Shown: piece after piece, positions 19,765 to 32,800 of the stretch | Position numbering within the stretch: position 1 is the first letter of the stretch | Layout: every line of letters starts with the position of its first letter | Assembly: GCA_964642015.1 (NCBI GenBank) | Contig: CAZXLF010000008.1 | Coordinates: 18,705-82,704, forward strand | DNA length: 64,000 nt | From: an uncultured Planctomycetia bacterium | Lineage (GTDB): Bacteria > Omnitrophota > Gorgyraeia > 2-02-FULL-51-18 | Direction: 5' to 3' | The notes under the pieces: model-generated | What the model saw: the letters and a program-made list of their open reading frames with translations, nothing else | Told to the model about the DNA's origin: nothing | Databases searched by the model: none | Translations under genes and position numbers: made by a program

Positions 19765-20502
19765 TTATTTGGAAATCAATTGCACGATCTCGGAAGCCGT
19801 CGCTTCGGCCGTCGAGGTGATCGTGCTGATCCTTCCTCTGAAATATGAATAAAAAGCGAGGCACGGTACCGCGATCACAAGTCCGAACGCGGTATTAATC
19901 ATCGCCTTGGCAAGTCCTTGAGTCAGAACGACCGGGTGGATCGTCCCCAGTTTGAAGTAGTTGAATGCGTCGATCATTCCTATAATAGTGCCCAAAAGAC
20001 CCAACATCGGCGCGATGACGGCCATATCGCCAAGATAATTGAGGTTCTGCCAAAGCTTTTCGATGCGCGCCTTGCCTTCATACTGTACCGCGCCTTCGAT
20101 CACGGCCTTGCCATGAGAAAGTCTGGATAACCCTTTAAGCGCGATCGATGAGATCATATTCTCCTGCTGCTTGCATACCGAAGTGGCCTTCTGGAACTCT
20201 TTTTTTTCCAACAGAAAAAGCAGGTTTTCTGTAAAATCGCGCGGCGCAAGTTTTTCAGGGTTAACATGCATGAAATGGTAAATGATCGAGGACACAGCTG
20301 CAACAGACAAAAGTCCTAAAAAGATCATGCAGGTACCGCCGGCAACGACCAGTTGCCATAACGTAGTGCCTTTGTCTGCTGTTTCGGAAACCGCACCTAC
20401 ACCGGTTTTGGCCGCGAAAGCGTTGTACCCGACGAACAGTATCGCAAGGATCAGCAATGGCAACACAAAATAAAGGAAACGAAATTTTTTTAACATATCC
20501 AC
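19765..20502 (-). CDS. exbB: MotA/TolQ/ExbB proton-channel family protein
   Basis: APMLGLLGTIIGMIDAF...GLAKAMINTAFGLVIAVP. Confidence 0.92.
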   Translation of the reverse strand: MDMLKKFRFLYFVLPLLILAILFVGYNAFAAKTGVGAVSETADKGTTLWQLVVAGGTCMIFLGLLSVAAVSSIIYHFMHVNPEKLAPRDFTENLLFLLEKKEFQKATSVCKQQENMISSIALKGLSRLSHGKAVIEGAVQYEGKARIEKLWQNLNYLGDMAVIAPMLGLLGTIIGMIDAFNYFKLGTIHPVVLTQGLAKAMINTAFGLVIAVPCLAFYSYFRGRISTITSTAEATASEIVQLISK

Positions 20503-20558
20503 TCCCGTGATTGATGAACTGTTGGATTGATGCTGGATAAAAATTCTTTGTTGGATGT

Positions 20559-20567
20559 ATTATAACA
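20559..20567 (-). promoter_or_regulatory. Extended -10 promoter element (TGTTATAAT) upstream of the exbB operon
   Basis: Exact TGnTATAAT on the minus strand about 55 nt before the exbB start and just downstream of the terminator. Confidence 0.6.
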
Positions 20568-20613
20568 AATATTTTTTTGGAAAGAAAAGGATTATCCTTG
20601 CCGGAAGACGGAC

Positions 20614-20649
20614 AAAAATAAGCTCCGCCGAAAGGATTCCGGCGGAGCT
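20614..20649 (-). terminator. Rho-independent terminator downstream of the giant ORF
   Basis: Minus strand reads AGCTCCGCCG-GAATCCTTT-CGGCGGAGCT-TATTTTT: a 10-bp GC-rich stem followed by a U tract. Confidence 0.85.
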
Positions 20650-20669
20650 ATGAGCGCATTTGAAAAGTC

Positions 20670-20778
20670 GGCTACGCTCCGGACTGATTGGGATCGGTCG
20701 CGCTCCAGAGTAACGTATAGAAGCGATTTTTTGGATCGTTCTACTTCTCCCAAAGCGCGGGATTCGCGAAGCGTAGCC
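20670..20778. other. Multi-branched structured element (~109 nt) in the 3' UTR of the giant gene
   Basis: Closing inverted repeat GGCTACGCT(CC)...(GA)AGCGTAGCC. It encloses three smaller hairpins: GACTGAT/ATCGGTC, TAGAA-CGAT/ATCG-TTCTA and GCG/CGC. Confidence 0.5.
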
Positions 20779-20809
20779 TAAAGATTAACAATGTAATGAA
20801 CAAAATACC

Positions 20810-23800
20810 TTATGCAGCAGAACCTATCGTCTGTGTTGCTGCCTTGACCGCCGATATCCATATCGCCCATTCAACCGGTGCGATCTTCGGCAAATATTTG
20901 AATACCCCATCCACCAGCTTTATGAAACCAGGAAGTTTGTCGCTCAACAGGTCGAGCACCAACAAGATCTGGGCTGCCTGTAATGCACCGCGAGCAGAAC
21001 GCTCTTCACCACTCTTCAATTCAAGCAGAAGCGCCTTCTTCTCGGAGCTGATGACAATATCAGCTTCATACTCTTTCTCGTTGGCAATGAGTACAAAATT
21101 TTTGTCTTTACCGTTTTTATCCTTTCCGAGAAGACCTGGAATTTGGGACAATTTCTTTTGTGCGTCGGAGATAAAATAGACATTATTCCCAAAAATACCT
21201 TTGATTTCATCCAATTCACCATTTTGAAGACCTGCGAGGTCGGTGTCGGATATCAAGACGCCCGGTGTCACAGCTCTTGCTTCGCGAATGTCTCTTTGAA
21301 TATCAACCTTGTTATCTTTGAAAGCCTTCACGTCATAGAGCGCATAACCAGCTACTTTACCAGCGTTGGCGAGTTCTGCTAATCTGGCCCCCACAGCATT
21401 TATCTTCTTGATATCGACCCCATAAACTGATTGCACAAATTCAGGTTGTCCAGCCAATGAAACAGCTACTTTCGCAGTGATCGAATCTGAAATATCATCA
21501 TTGCCAACTAACGCGCCGATCTGATCAAATGAAGCTTTAAGATCCGCAACCGCTTTCTTTCTGGAAGCATCGTTGCTCGCTTTGGATGCTTGCGACAAGG
21601 CGGATGCAAAAGCGGGCACGATCTCATTCAAGCCGGTTCTTAAATAGGCTTGACGTGTACGATAATCCAAAGTGAGTGTGACTTCTGTCGGACGAGGTAA
21701 ACGCAGTTCGCTTAGCGATCGGATAATCTCGGTTCGGATAGATTGTTCTTGTTCAGGAGTAAGATTCTGCTCGAGCGCTCTTGTCAGCTCTGTGAAAACT
21801 AAATTACTGATCGCATTGAAAGTCGCCAATTCTTTATCATTCAGCTGTCTCAACGCATTGATAAGGTTTCGCTTAGATTCGGGAGATTCGATCGTCGATT
21901 TATCGATGATCAAAGAAAGTTTGGTCTTGGAATTCAAAGCTTCGTTCACGGAACCAAAGATTACGGCATTGACCTGGCCTTGCTCGGCGCCGATCGATTT
22001 TACAAAGGCATCAAACTTCGAACGCGCTTCTTCGTTCGCACTTTCAGGGAGCACAAAGCCGATGTTCAAAACTGGTTGTTGAGGCAAAAGCTGCGCACTG
22101 GGCAGCTCCTGTTTTTCAGCCAGTCGAGCGCCCTGTTGCTGCAGCTCGGTCAATTGAGTAATATAATTGTTCAGACGCGTGATCGCTAAATTTCCGGCAG
22201 CTGAGGCGCGCCCTTGTTTTGTATCAGTCAAATATTTAACTGCAGCTTGTACCGAGACTAATATGTTTCTCATTTGAGCAATAGCACGATTAATATGACC
22301 GTTGACATCCGTTTGGCGGCTCTCAATCGCTAATTGCAATTCTCTAATCACGGCGCGCGTGGGAACAACCGTTTTATCTAGATGCAGGCGGAAAAGAGGA
22401 TCTTGATGCTTCGAAATCGCTTCTTGGGGCGTTTGCCAATTGCCTAGTTCACCCATCGCAGCTAAAAATTCTGTGCTGATTGCTATTAATCTTTCCGAAG
22501 GTTCTATCCGTTCTTCTTTGGCTAAACGCGCGCCGGCAACAACATTGGCATTAGAAATATAATCAATGAGTTTTTGCCGCTCATCGATACCCCTTGGTTT
22601 TGTCAATTCCTTATCTTGGAACCAAACAAAAATAAGTGCCTCTCTTAACAATTCAGATACAGGACGTTCGGTATAAGCCTTATAAGTCCTTGTGTCCATA
22701 CCCGGATTATTGCTTTCGTCTTTCACTATCTGAGTAATTGTCTCGGCATGCGCATCTATTATAGATTCGCCCGGATAATCCGCTCCGTTCAATTCTGTCA
22801 TCACAGCGGTTAAGCCTCTAAAATTATCAATACCGGATACCTCTGACAAATTCAAAAGCGTTTGATCCAATCTTTGTTTCTCTCCGGCAGCCAGAACTCC
22901 TTCCAGAGATTCTTTTGATTCAATCCGACGTTGAGCAAGTCGCGCACCGGCAGGAGAAACTTTGAAAAGCTCCTCAGCGCCTTTCCCGGCAAATTTTTCT
23001 GCGAGCTGTTCTTTTGTCAAAAGCAGCGGCTCTGTTTGAAGCGCTTGATGCAATGTTGCCCAAAATGCAGGATTGATATCCAGATGTGTCAGTTCGATCA
23101 AACGATCTCCGCGATATCCGCCGGCTTCAATCTCGGCTTTAAGAACATTCGCTTCCCTCACAAAATATGGAGTGAGCACACCTTTAATATAACGATAAGA
23201 CGGACCGTAAGCGCCCGTGCCTTCATATGTGATATGAATGATCCCTTCTTCGGCATTAAGTCTCTTGGCTGTTTCAAATGCTTTGCTCCCCGGTAAAATC
23301 AGTTTCAATCCCTTGGGGATAAGCGCCAGATCAAGGTCCTGTTTCTTCTGTCCGGAAGGTAACAGACCGGTGCGCGGAACAAATTGTCCACGAGAGAAAC
23401 TGCCGCTTACGGCAAAGCCGTATATCTCCCCTTCATCCACTAACTGCTGAAGCTCATTGATCACACGACGCCACTGAGGATTATCTTCAAAATACTTCCT
23501 GATCGCTTCGTTTTCCGCCGAAAGTCTGGCACCTTCTGTTTTGGCCTTTGTTTTATCAAAGAAATCGCGCGCGGCATGGCTTGCGGTCAAGATCGATTGT
23601 TTCGCGCTTTCAAGATCCGGCGTCTGGAAAGTCACACGAACGATAAATGCTCCTTCAGGGGTCACTAAAAGCGTATTCGTGACCGCTTTGCCTGACTTTT
23701 TACCTTCATCTGGAATAAATAGAACGCGATGAAAATCATTTGCGAATTGATCTTCGAAGGTAGAGGGTGAAGCGCCTGTTACGCTTGTAATTGCGAGCAC

Positions 23801-26800
23801 ACCTTTGCCTTTGACCGCTTCTTTCGAACGTGCAGAATTAAAGATTTCGTCCGGCAAAAATTCGCGGTAGCGGGCTAATTCCTCATTAGTATATCCGTAA
23901 GCTGTCGCAGCGCCGTAATTCGACGCGGTCGCTTCCGATGAAACGAAGCTATGAGGGAATTGGGCATTCGGCCGGTTGGCGATCGCGATCGTAGCCGCTG
24001 TCGCTTCTGCGGAACCGCTGCGCCCAAAAACCAAAAGGTGTCTTCCATTCAGGTCCGCACCGATACTTGCAACCACACGCGGCAATAGATCGCCATCGCC
24101 GGGCGTTTGGATCTTAAGTCCCGGATATTGCGACTGCAAGGCTCTCGCGTCATTGATGATCTGTTGATGACGATGCTGCGAAATAGCCTTTTCGTAATCT
24201 TTCTGCAGATCTGCCGCCCTGGGCCCCAGGGTCAAGATGGTAGCCTGATTGATGAAATCGGATTTAAACGTTGTGAACTCAGGACTGTTCACATCAATGC
24301 CGAGAGCTTCAGCTTTTACTTTCGCTATCTTCTCTAAAGCTGTGCTCGGCAGATCGAACGGCGTCACGCCTGCATCACTTGGCGCATTAAAGCTGACACC
24401 TCCTATACGAAAGTTATCGTTGATCAGAAAACGATTACGGCCATCGAGCTGGCTCTGAGAATCCTCTTCAAAGAACGAAAATAACGAAGTGCTGTCCGTC
24501 GGCGTAGACACCGCTTCAGGAACGATCAATCCATTCGTCTTTTCAAGCGCATCGCCGACGAAATAAAGGATTTTTACTCCTTGAGAACGAAGATCGCTAA
24601 GATGAGTATTCAAATCCGTCACGCCGCCGTACGGAATCTTTTTACCTTGGAAATAAACGCTTCCTAAATCTAATGAGTACGACAGATCTCTTGAGCCTTC
24701 ATCGGCCAATATCGCAACCGCAATATTCGGATTATGCTCCGTAAAATACTGAATGCTTCTCTCGGCAAAGTGCACTGCGTTGCCATCAGCGACTTCTTTT
24801 ACATCTTTACCCTGACCAGCAAAAAGTATCGAACCAAACGCCTGGCTTGCAGAAGAAGCAACCGCGAACGACGTTAAAGGATTATTCAGTGCCGTCGAAG
24901 CGGATTCAGTACGCGTATCGCCGAGAGCTTTGACTTCGATCTTCTCTGCTTTCAGATTGTAAGGGTTGCGTTCGAGCGCTGGACCGAAGTTTTCTGGCAC
25001 ATTGACCGGGATGAATTCCGCCAGGCGCGCTCCTGACAAAGCAACTGAAGACTTGGTGCCAATAATTCCTATTCCTTCAATGTTCACGGACGTGCGGTTA
25101 TATTGCCAGCGGCCTTCGCGCTGAATGCGCTCGATAGCCCGGTTCCTGCCCGTCAACTGTTGATTCTCGGCTGTCTTCAAATCTTCAGGATTGGCCTTGG
25201 CTTGGTCCGCAGCGTCAAATACATCGATCGATTGGACATGCGAATCCTTGAGCCCAATGTTCAAAAAGAACGGGAGAGCAGGATTCAGGTTATTTCCGTG
25301 GACAAACGCGTTCTTCAGCAGATCATTGATAATATCCTGCACTTCGGTATTTGCGGACTCGCCTTCAAACGCAAAGTTAAGCTGGGATGATAAACTGGAT
25401 AAAGCCAAACTGACCGATTTATAAAGATATTGTTTAGGATATGCTTGCAGACTCGTTAAGTCTATCCTGATCGCTTTCCCTTCGCGGACCGCTCGGACCA
25501 ATTCGGCAACCTGGGATTGACTGTAAGCATTGTTTAAGTCAAAGCTCAGGATCTCTTTAGCAGTAGAAACGTTCCTAACGTGCTCCGATAAACCTAACTC
25601 ATTGCCTGCTAAACGAGCACCTTGCTTTGGAGTCGGAGTCACAGCGATCGTATATAGCGAATTTTTATTTTGAAGAATAAGTCCAAGTACTCTATCGTAA
25701 TAGAAGCTTAGCCCGCTTACCTCTTTTTCAACACCGGGAGCGATCGAGTAATTATGGCCAGTGGCACGAGGCGACTCAATATGAAAAACCTCAAGACCAT
25801 TGGTGACGGGATTAAAGTCGATCTTCCAAGCGACGCTAGATTCGGGTGCAGATGCAGGTGTCTCAGGCGATGAAAAAGCAACAAGAAGCGCAAAGCTTCC
25901 CTTGTCGGCAACAGGATAACGCCCGCGCTCTTGAGGGCTAAGCCTTTGCGGGGAAACAGTTATAGATTCTAGCCCCCTAAGGAAAGTTAATTTTGCCTCA
26001 GCGGCCGTCAATTTTTCAATACCGGTCAATTCACTTTCCAAAACACCCTGGCTGACGGCAACATTTACGATACGCCTGACCGTTTCCACACCAGTTGCGC
26101 TCGACAAGGATATATTTTCCGCAACGGGAAGATTCGATAAAGCTCTGTTCGCACTGACGATGGCCTGCTGTTTGACTTCTTCATTAGTCAGCCGAGCGCC
26201 CTGCGGACGTGTAGTTTCATATCGGGTCCGAGCCTGAGTTAAGTCATTGAGCGCCTTCGCCAATTCCACATGCGCCACTTCAACTTCTTTCTCAGCTCGG
26301 ATCGTTCGCTCTATTAATTGAATCCTGTTACTCGGAACCTCTCTAACATCAATGGTCTTCGATAAATAACCTTGCCTTTTCCACGATTCCAATTCTTGAA
26401 TAACTTGCGCTGCAGCAACCTGCACGCCACCAGCTTCTCTTGTATAAATTGTTCTATCCTGGGATCTAATGAATTCACCTCGTGCGTCTTCACTTGATTC
26501 AATTTGAGCCAGTTTACCGCGCGCCACTGGACCAGGGTTTTTTCTTAATTCTTCAAGAAGAGGTATATAATTAACTTGCCCGTAACTAGGCTCTCCTTGT
26601 GATTCTGAACCTGTCCTTAAAAGTGGGAGTAATTGTCCTAGATATCCGATCGTGCGGTTATCGACCCCTCGATCAGATGAAATACCGTGACCTGAAAAAC
26701 GATCCAGTATCGCCGGATTTCTTGTTAAGATGCCTCTGATTAAAATATCAAAATCTCTCCGGAAATTTTCATCTCTAAATCGCTCTGTAATGCGCGTCGC

Positions 26801-29800
26801 CCACCGGCTGATATCATTATTATCAGCGCCGCCTATAAACTTCTCTAACAGCCTTTCGGCCGTCTCCTCCTGGGCTAGCCGGGCTCCGGCTGCCATTACC
26901 TCTAAATTCTCTATAATTTTTTGAGCCGCGCCCAGCGCTGTCAATGTTAGCTCAATTCTTTCCTGTACACTTGTTTCAGGCCGTTTCGCTATCTCGTGGA
27001 AATTGTCAATGCTCTGTTTTGCCTGCTGAAGCTGCGGGACGCCGTTAAAAACATCTTCCAAATATAAGAGAAGATCGGAATGGCGGTCTTCATAATCCAC
27101 ATGGAATGACAGACTCCAATCCCCAACCGTACCTAGCGAACGGACATAGTCAACGCTTTCAAAAAATCCTTTATAGCCGGGCGTACTCACTTTAACGACT
27201 TTCTCGGTCAATCCGTTCTGTTTGTATTTCCAGAAAAACGGTGAAAACCTTTCATTGAGCCCGTCCAATATTCTTCTCGCCTCATCCTGTCCAACGGTCT
27301 CGATATTTCCCAAATTTTTTCCAGCTTCCACAACTTTTTCCCTCTTATCACTTTCTTCAACGACGCCGGCAAGGAACGAGATCATCTGCCGAGCGGTCCT
27401 ATCCACACTCACTTTTGGCGATTGGAGAAGAGCGTTACGCGCCATCTCTCCGTATTTTTCCTTATCTTGGTAAATTTTGCTGAAGTTGACCAGAGCATCC
27501 AGGAAACCCGTTGTGGTAGGTTCGCCTTTACTATTAAAGGGTACGTTGAAACCGTTGGCGACTGCCTCGTTGTGTCCATCATAAAATGTGACTGATTCAG
27601 GCACAGCTCCATCGTGGCTGGCGATGATCAAGGCGCCATTCATTTGCGCTTTTTGAAAACCGGTGGCAGACGCTTCGCGTCCATCATCCGCAAGCATCAC
27701 CGAGAAATCAGTTCCTTGAAATAACTCAGGAGCTTCCCAAATGTTATAATTATCAAAAAATATGACTCTCTCCTTCAGCCGGCCCGTTTTATCGTCGTTG
27801 ACCGCTCTTAAAATTCTGTAATATTGTGTCAGCCCGTAGCTATCATCCTGGTGGGTTCTACCTCCAAAAACGAACACGATGCCCGAGGCGAGAAATGCCT
27901 CTCTCATCACATCGTTCTCTAAAACATCGGCGAATCGTTCGAGTCTCTTATATTCCACAATTCTTCTCACCCAAATGCCGATCGGGTTTTTATTATTGAT
28001 GGTCTTCTTGGCCCATGCCGACCAATCGTAACCGTCTTTCTTTTCGGCCATTCGTTGAGCAAGAAATTCCACAAGACGTGCACGACTTCTATCTTTGGCG
28101 GCTAAAATCTGATCGTTACTCATTCTCCTTACTTTTTCCAGATCTTTGAATTCATTTTGAGGCCAATAGGTCGAACTTACGCCATTAGTCACAAACTTGA
28201 TCTTAGAAGAAAACTGTCTCAAGAGGTCCATCTCCTTCATAACTTTGGCATGTTTTTCAGCGACGCCAAACACGCCATCCGAGGCATTTATAATGAGAGC
28301 TGTTGCATCGATCTTCCCTGTTGTGCTGTCCCGCACAGGCATGGATTCATCATAATATCGTGAGTCCACTTGCAGATGTTTCAGTGTCTTATCATCCCAA
28401 TGAGGATGCGCGTACAAAAGCGGAGTATGATCGTTAAAAATATAACGAGTACCCTTAAAAAATGGGTCGTTCTTAAAAGCGCTTCTTGCTGTGTCGCCAA
28501 AAACTTGGTGATGAACCATCATCGCTGAAGCTTCGCTCATGATCGTGACATCCGGTTTTTTATCCAATTTTTTAAGCAACGCAAGCGTTCCGTGACCTAA
28601 AATCCAGCTGTGATCGAACCTTGCCTCCTGCGCGTTATCAATATCGCGGACACCGGGATAAACGACATTGACTTTAGCAGTTATAATATCTTTGCCAAGT
28701 TCAGGAGCCAGGAAATAAACAGCTGCTTTACCATATACGCCCGCCGGGGCTTTTAGAACTTTTACATTTACTTTACGTCCGTCATACATGTCTACGGTGA
28801 TGTCAAACACGTGTTCCATAAGGTCTTTTAGATGGTGACTTACATTTTCTTTTTCAAGAGTAAGCGAACCATCCGGATGCACCTTCTGCACCCAAACGTG
28901 ATCATATAACAAAGACACCCCTGTCACGTCAGCGCCAAGTTCGCTGAGCGAAATCACTCTTTCCTTCAGCAATGGCCCTATCCCTCCTACTGAAGAAGCC
29001 ATCGCCGCTTTACGCATCTCGATCCTTCTTTGCTCATCCGTCAAAGAGCGATCTTCTTTTAATTTCGTCTGAAGGAGCCCCAATAATTCTCCACTCAAAG
29101 CCATTTCCATCGTAACTTCAACTATATGTTTATCTTTAAGAACAGGGTGATGAGCTTCAACAAACGATTGAGCTCCAGCAAGCCGTGCACCAGCTTCGGC
29201 CCGTTTAAACTTGAGCCACATAGGAAGCCTTCTGAAACCGTTCTTATCAGCCATGGCTTCCTGCAGTTTGGAACCTGCTCGCGCCTCCGCAGCTAGAAAT
29301 GTATTTTCGTAAACTGCCTGGACATCGCCGCTCGTACCGCCAACAATCGCATCGGTGATCTCAAGATCCGGATGTTTTTGACCGATGGCGTGAAGCGCTT
29401 GGACTGCATCGCTCAGCGTGGGATTACCTCTGATAAGAAGTGTCACGATACGATGATCTTTGGTGGTGGCAAAAATCGTCATCGGAAGCTGATGGTCAGG
29501 GCCGGACCAGCCTAATTGATTTCCTTTGGTCGTCGAGCCACCGTTTGTAAAATCGATCTTGTCTATAACGCTTACCCCGTCTTTTAAGATGCGCACACCG
29601 GCGATCGCTTCTTTAAAAATAAACTTATCCGGATTTAAAGCATTACCGGCCGCATCATAAGGTTGGCCATTTTTCAGCTCAACGTCATGGATCCCCGCTT
29701 TGTCGGCATCGAAAACAAGGAACGAAAAAGTTCCATTGAGCGGTTCTCCGACGGTTTCATTCAGTCCCAGCGTGTCCTGAGGCTTCATCACAAGTTTACC

Positions 29801-32800
29801 TTGGTTCACGATCAGTGTATTTTTTTCCAGCCACAGACCTTGGTGGGAATTTGTAGCCAGAACAATTTGATCTTCGTCAGGAGCGGCCTGGACCGATCTT
29901 TGAAGATTCTCGCCTAGAAAATCCTGCGGTGTGATCCGCGCGGACGTGGTACCGAAACTACGATTCAAAACTTCAGGATGATAAACATTTTCCGCTTGGA
30001 TCTTGTGCGTATCTATAACGAACGCGCGGACTTCAGCGGAAGTTTCAGACGTGCTGATAGCGACATCCTCGATCGTCTCGAGACCGTCCACTTTTTTCCC
30101 TTGCTTGTCATTTAATTCACGTCTTGTAAAACTTCCGGTCACAGCCGCTTTTGTTGTCAGTCTCGCGCCTTGGGTGATTATAGCCGGGGCTGGTCTTTGA
30201 ACGATAAGCGCACCAGTGGGTTTTTCAAAAACAAGACGAACGGAAGGAGGCCCACTGCGCAGGATAGGAGGAGCCCCAAAAACTCTCGTCAATTCAGGCA
30301 CTGGCTTAAAGCCGGCCTGAACAAATCGCTCGGTGATCTTATCCATGCTTTCGTAAGTAAAAGGCAAAGGCATCCACTCGCGGAGGTTGAATAATACATG
30401 GCCCTGATAATCCTCCAAAGACAATAAAAGTTTCTGCTGTGCTTGGGTCAATTTCATATAATCCCTTGAAAGCTTCAGCGCTTTGTTTTTCCAGGGGCCT
30501 TCAGGCCAGAACTCAGCGTTTTTCAATTCTTTTTCAAATAAAGGTATAGATTGTTTTTTGTCCGCTATCAGAGTTTCAACGACGATCACGCGTCCGCCGG
30601 GTTCCAGGATACGAAAGATGTTATCTATCTTTTGTGTTTGAGTCTCCTCATCCATATGGTGTAGCGCCCATTTGATGATAGCCGTGTGCACATGGTTCGA
30701 ATCAATATAAATATCACCGCCTCTTTCTGGAACGTAATGAACCCTGCCATTTTCTGTTACAAGATCCTTTCGCCAATCGTTAACATCCGTCCCGAGTATG
30801 GTCGTATTATTGAACCTCTCATCTGCGGCTATGGCGAATGGAAGATCCGCTCGGCCGGTTCCGATATCGGCTATGATACCTTCATTAGGCAATATATCTT
30901 CGACCAAAGGCAACGCTTGCAACTTGGCAAGTTCCCTGCCGTGCGCGAACATGAGTTTACGCAATTCGAAAGGCAAAACACTCGCGGCTTTTCCCCTGCC
31001 TTGCGAAAACTCTTTAACAAACAGGTCCGCCAGGTCATACGGATCTCTTTCCCTGCCGCGTCTGTCTTTGTATGTCTTCAGTAGAAAATCCACCATCCGC
31101 TGCACAAGTTCCTCTCTGCTCATTTTCTCGCCTCTCAAGCTCACTGCTTGCGGATTCTTGCCAAACTTATAAAGCCCGGAGTTAGAAAGAATTTCCGTAT
31201 CAAAGCGGCGAAGAATAAGTTGAGCGAAAACATCGCGGACCGCTCGGTTTTCCAACGCAGGCAACGGATTGAAAGCAATATTTCCGCGCGGGGATATACT
31301 CGCTGCCAGGCGGGCTCCCTGGATCAGATACAACGCGCCGACAGCTTTATTCAAGGCATTTCTGTCAGAAGGAGTGGGGCTTGGACTCTCAGACAACAGA
31401 TAACTTTGATATCTACTTATGACGGATCCAATAAAATCGTCGATCTGCTCCCTTGTAGACCATTGTTTGCTTTGGTTGGTAAAGCTTACGAGGTCTTCTC
31501 TGACATGATAGGACTGGTCAGTGATCTCGCTGGCTAAAGTGGTCAGGATACCTGACACCTGATCCTGAAGACGAGAGAATTCAAAAACAGCCTTTGTTTC
31601 CGTAACAGCTGCCTTATTTACAATGGCATTATTACCATAATAGATCGCCACCGTATCGCCCCGTTTCCAGCTGCTATAATGTGAGGGAGTAACGGCTCCG
31701 TTCTGGCCCACAACACCGGATTTTTCATCGATAAGATTCAAATTGACTGTATCACCGTTGGGCAATGCCTGGAAACTGAGTCCGGCAAAAGACCAATTTT
31801 GATCGGTTAGTTTCAAGGTCTGTTCAAAAGCAGCGATCTGAGTACCGGCGAGCCGCGTGCCTGCTGGTGGCTGAGGTGCACGGCGAGTGTTGAAAAACTC
31901 CAACAAATCATTTTTATCCCTAAAATCTTTTATAGGATAAGCTTTCCATGGCTGTGCCAGATCAACGACCTCGATCAGATCGGCCGGAATTGATGTGCCC
32001 AAATAATCGGCGGTAAGATCACCGAATTGCTGAATACCATTCGATTCTCCCCGTTGAGGCTGCGCAAAAATAGTCGGAGCGTCTTTGCGGATTCGTATCG
32101 CAAAAGTATTATGTTGAGTACGTGGATTTTCGATAAATCCTAATGCAGATGGCGCATCCCAGAAGAAAAGATATTGAGAACTGTGCGTCAAAGAAAATGT
32201 CTCATCGGTCGGTTGCTTTAAAGCGGCTGAAAGACCGTTGGCTCGTATACTTTCAAACCGATCGATCTTTGCTTCATGATAGATATATTGTGCCAAACGT
32301 TCTTTTTGCTGATAGATCTGCTTAGCTTCGACAAGCCGTTGATGACCAGAAGAAACAGGACTCTCTTTGGCAAGTTTTTCATCGATCTGGCTGATCAAGT
32401 ACTCATGAAGATCCTTCAATAGCAACGTATTGCGGGCTACTTTTTCTTCTGCCGCTTTTCTGGCTTCGGGAACCCCTATGACATCCGAATGAGCACCGTA
32501 TGGAATTCCATAGGGCAGCGTCACGTGTTGAAGATAATAAATAGGAATATGCGGAATATTCGCTAAGGCGTAAAGTCTGCGATGCGCTGCTTCTCTTTCG
32601 ACCGCATTATCAGAATGGGCATACGTATCGACGCTACGGGATATCACTCGCTTCGCCGCTTCCACTAAAATATCTTTTGGAAGATTTTCTAATACCAAAT
32701 CCTGTAGAAATTGGCGAAGATGTTGGCTGACATCACTCGTATTCACGAGCAAGTATTGCGCGACCGCTTCGATCTGTCCTTCTCGAGTTGAATTTTGCGG

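Noticed and set aside
20670-20778. tRNA or SRP RNA
   Set aside because: Cloverleaf-like, but no TTCRA T-loop in the right place, no 7-nt anticodon loop, no CCA end and no SRP GGAA domain.
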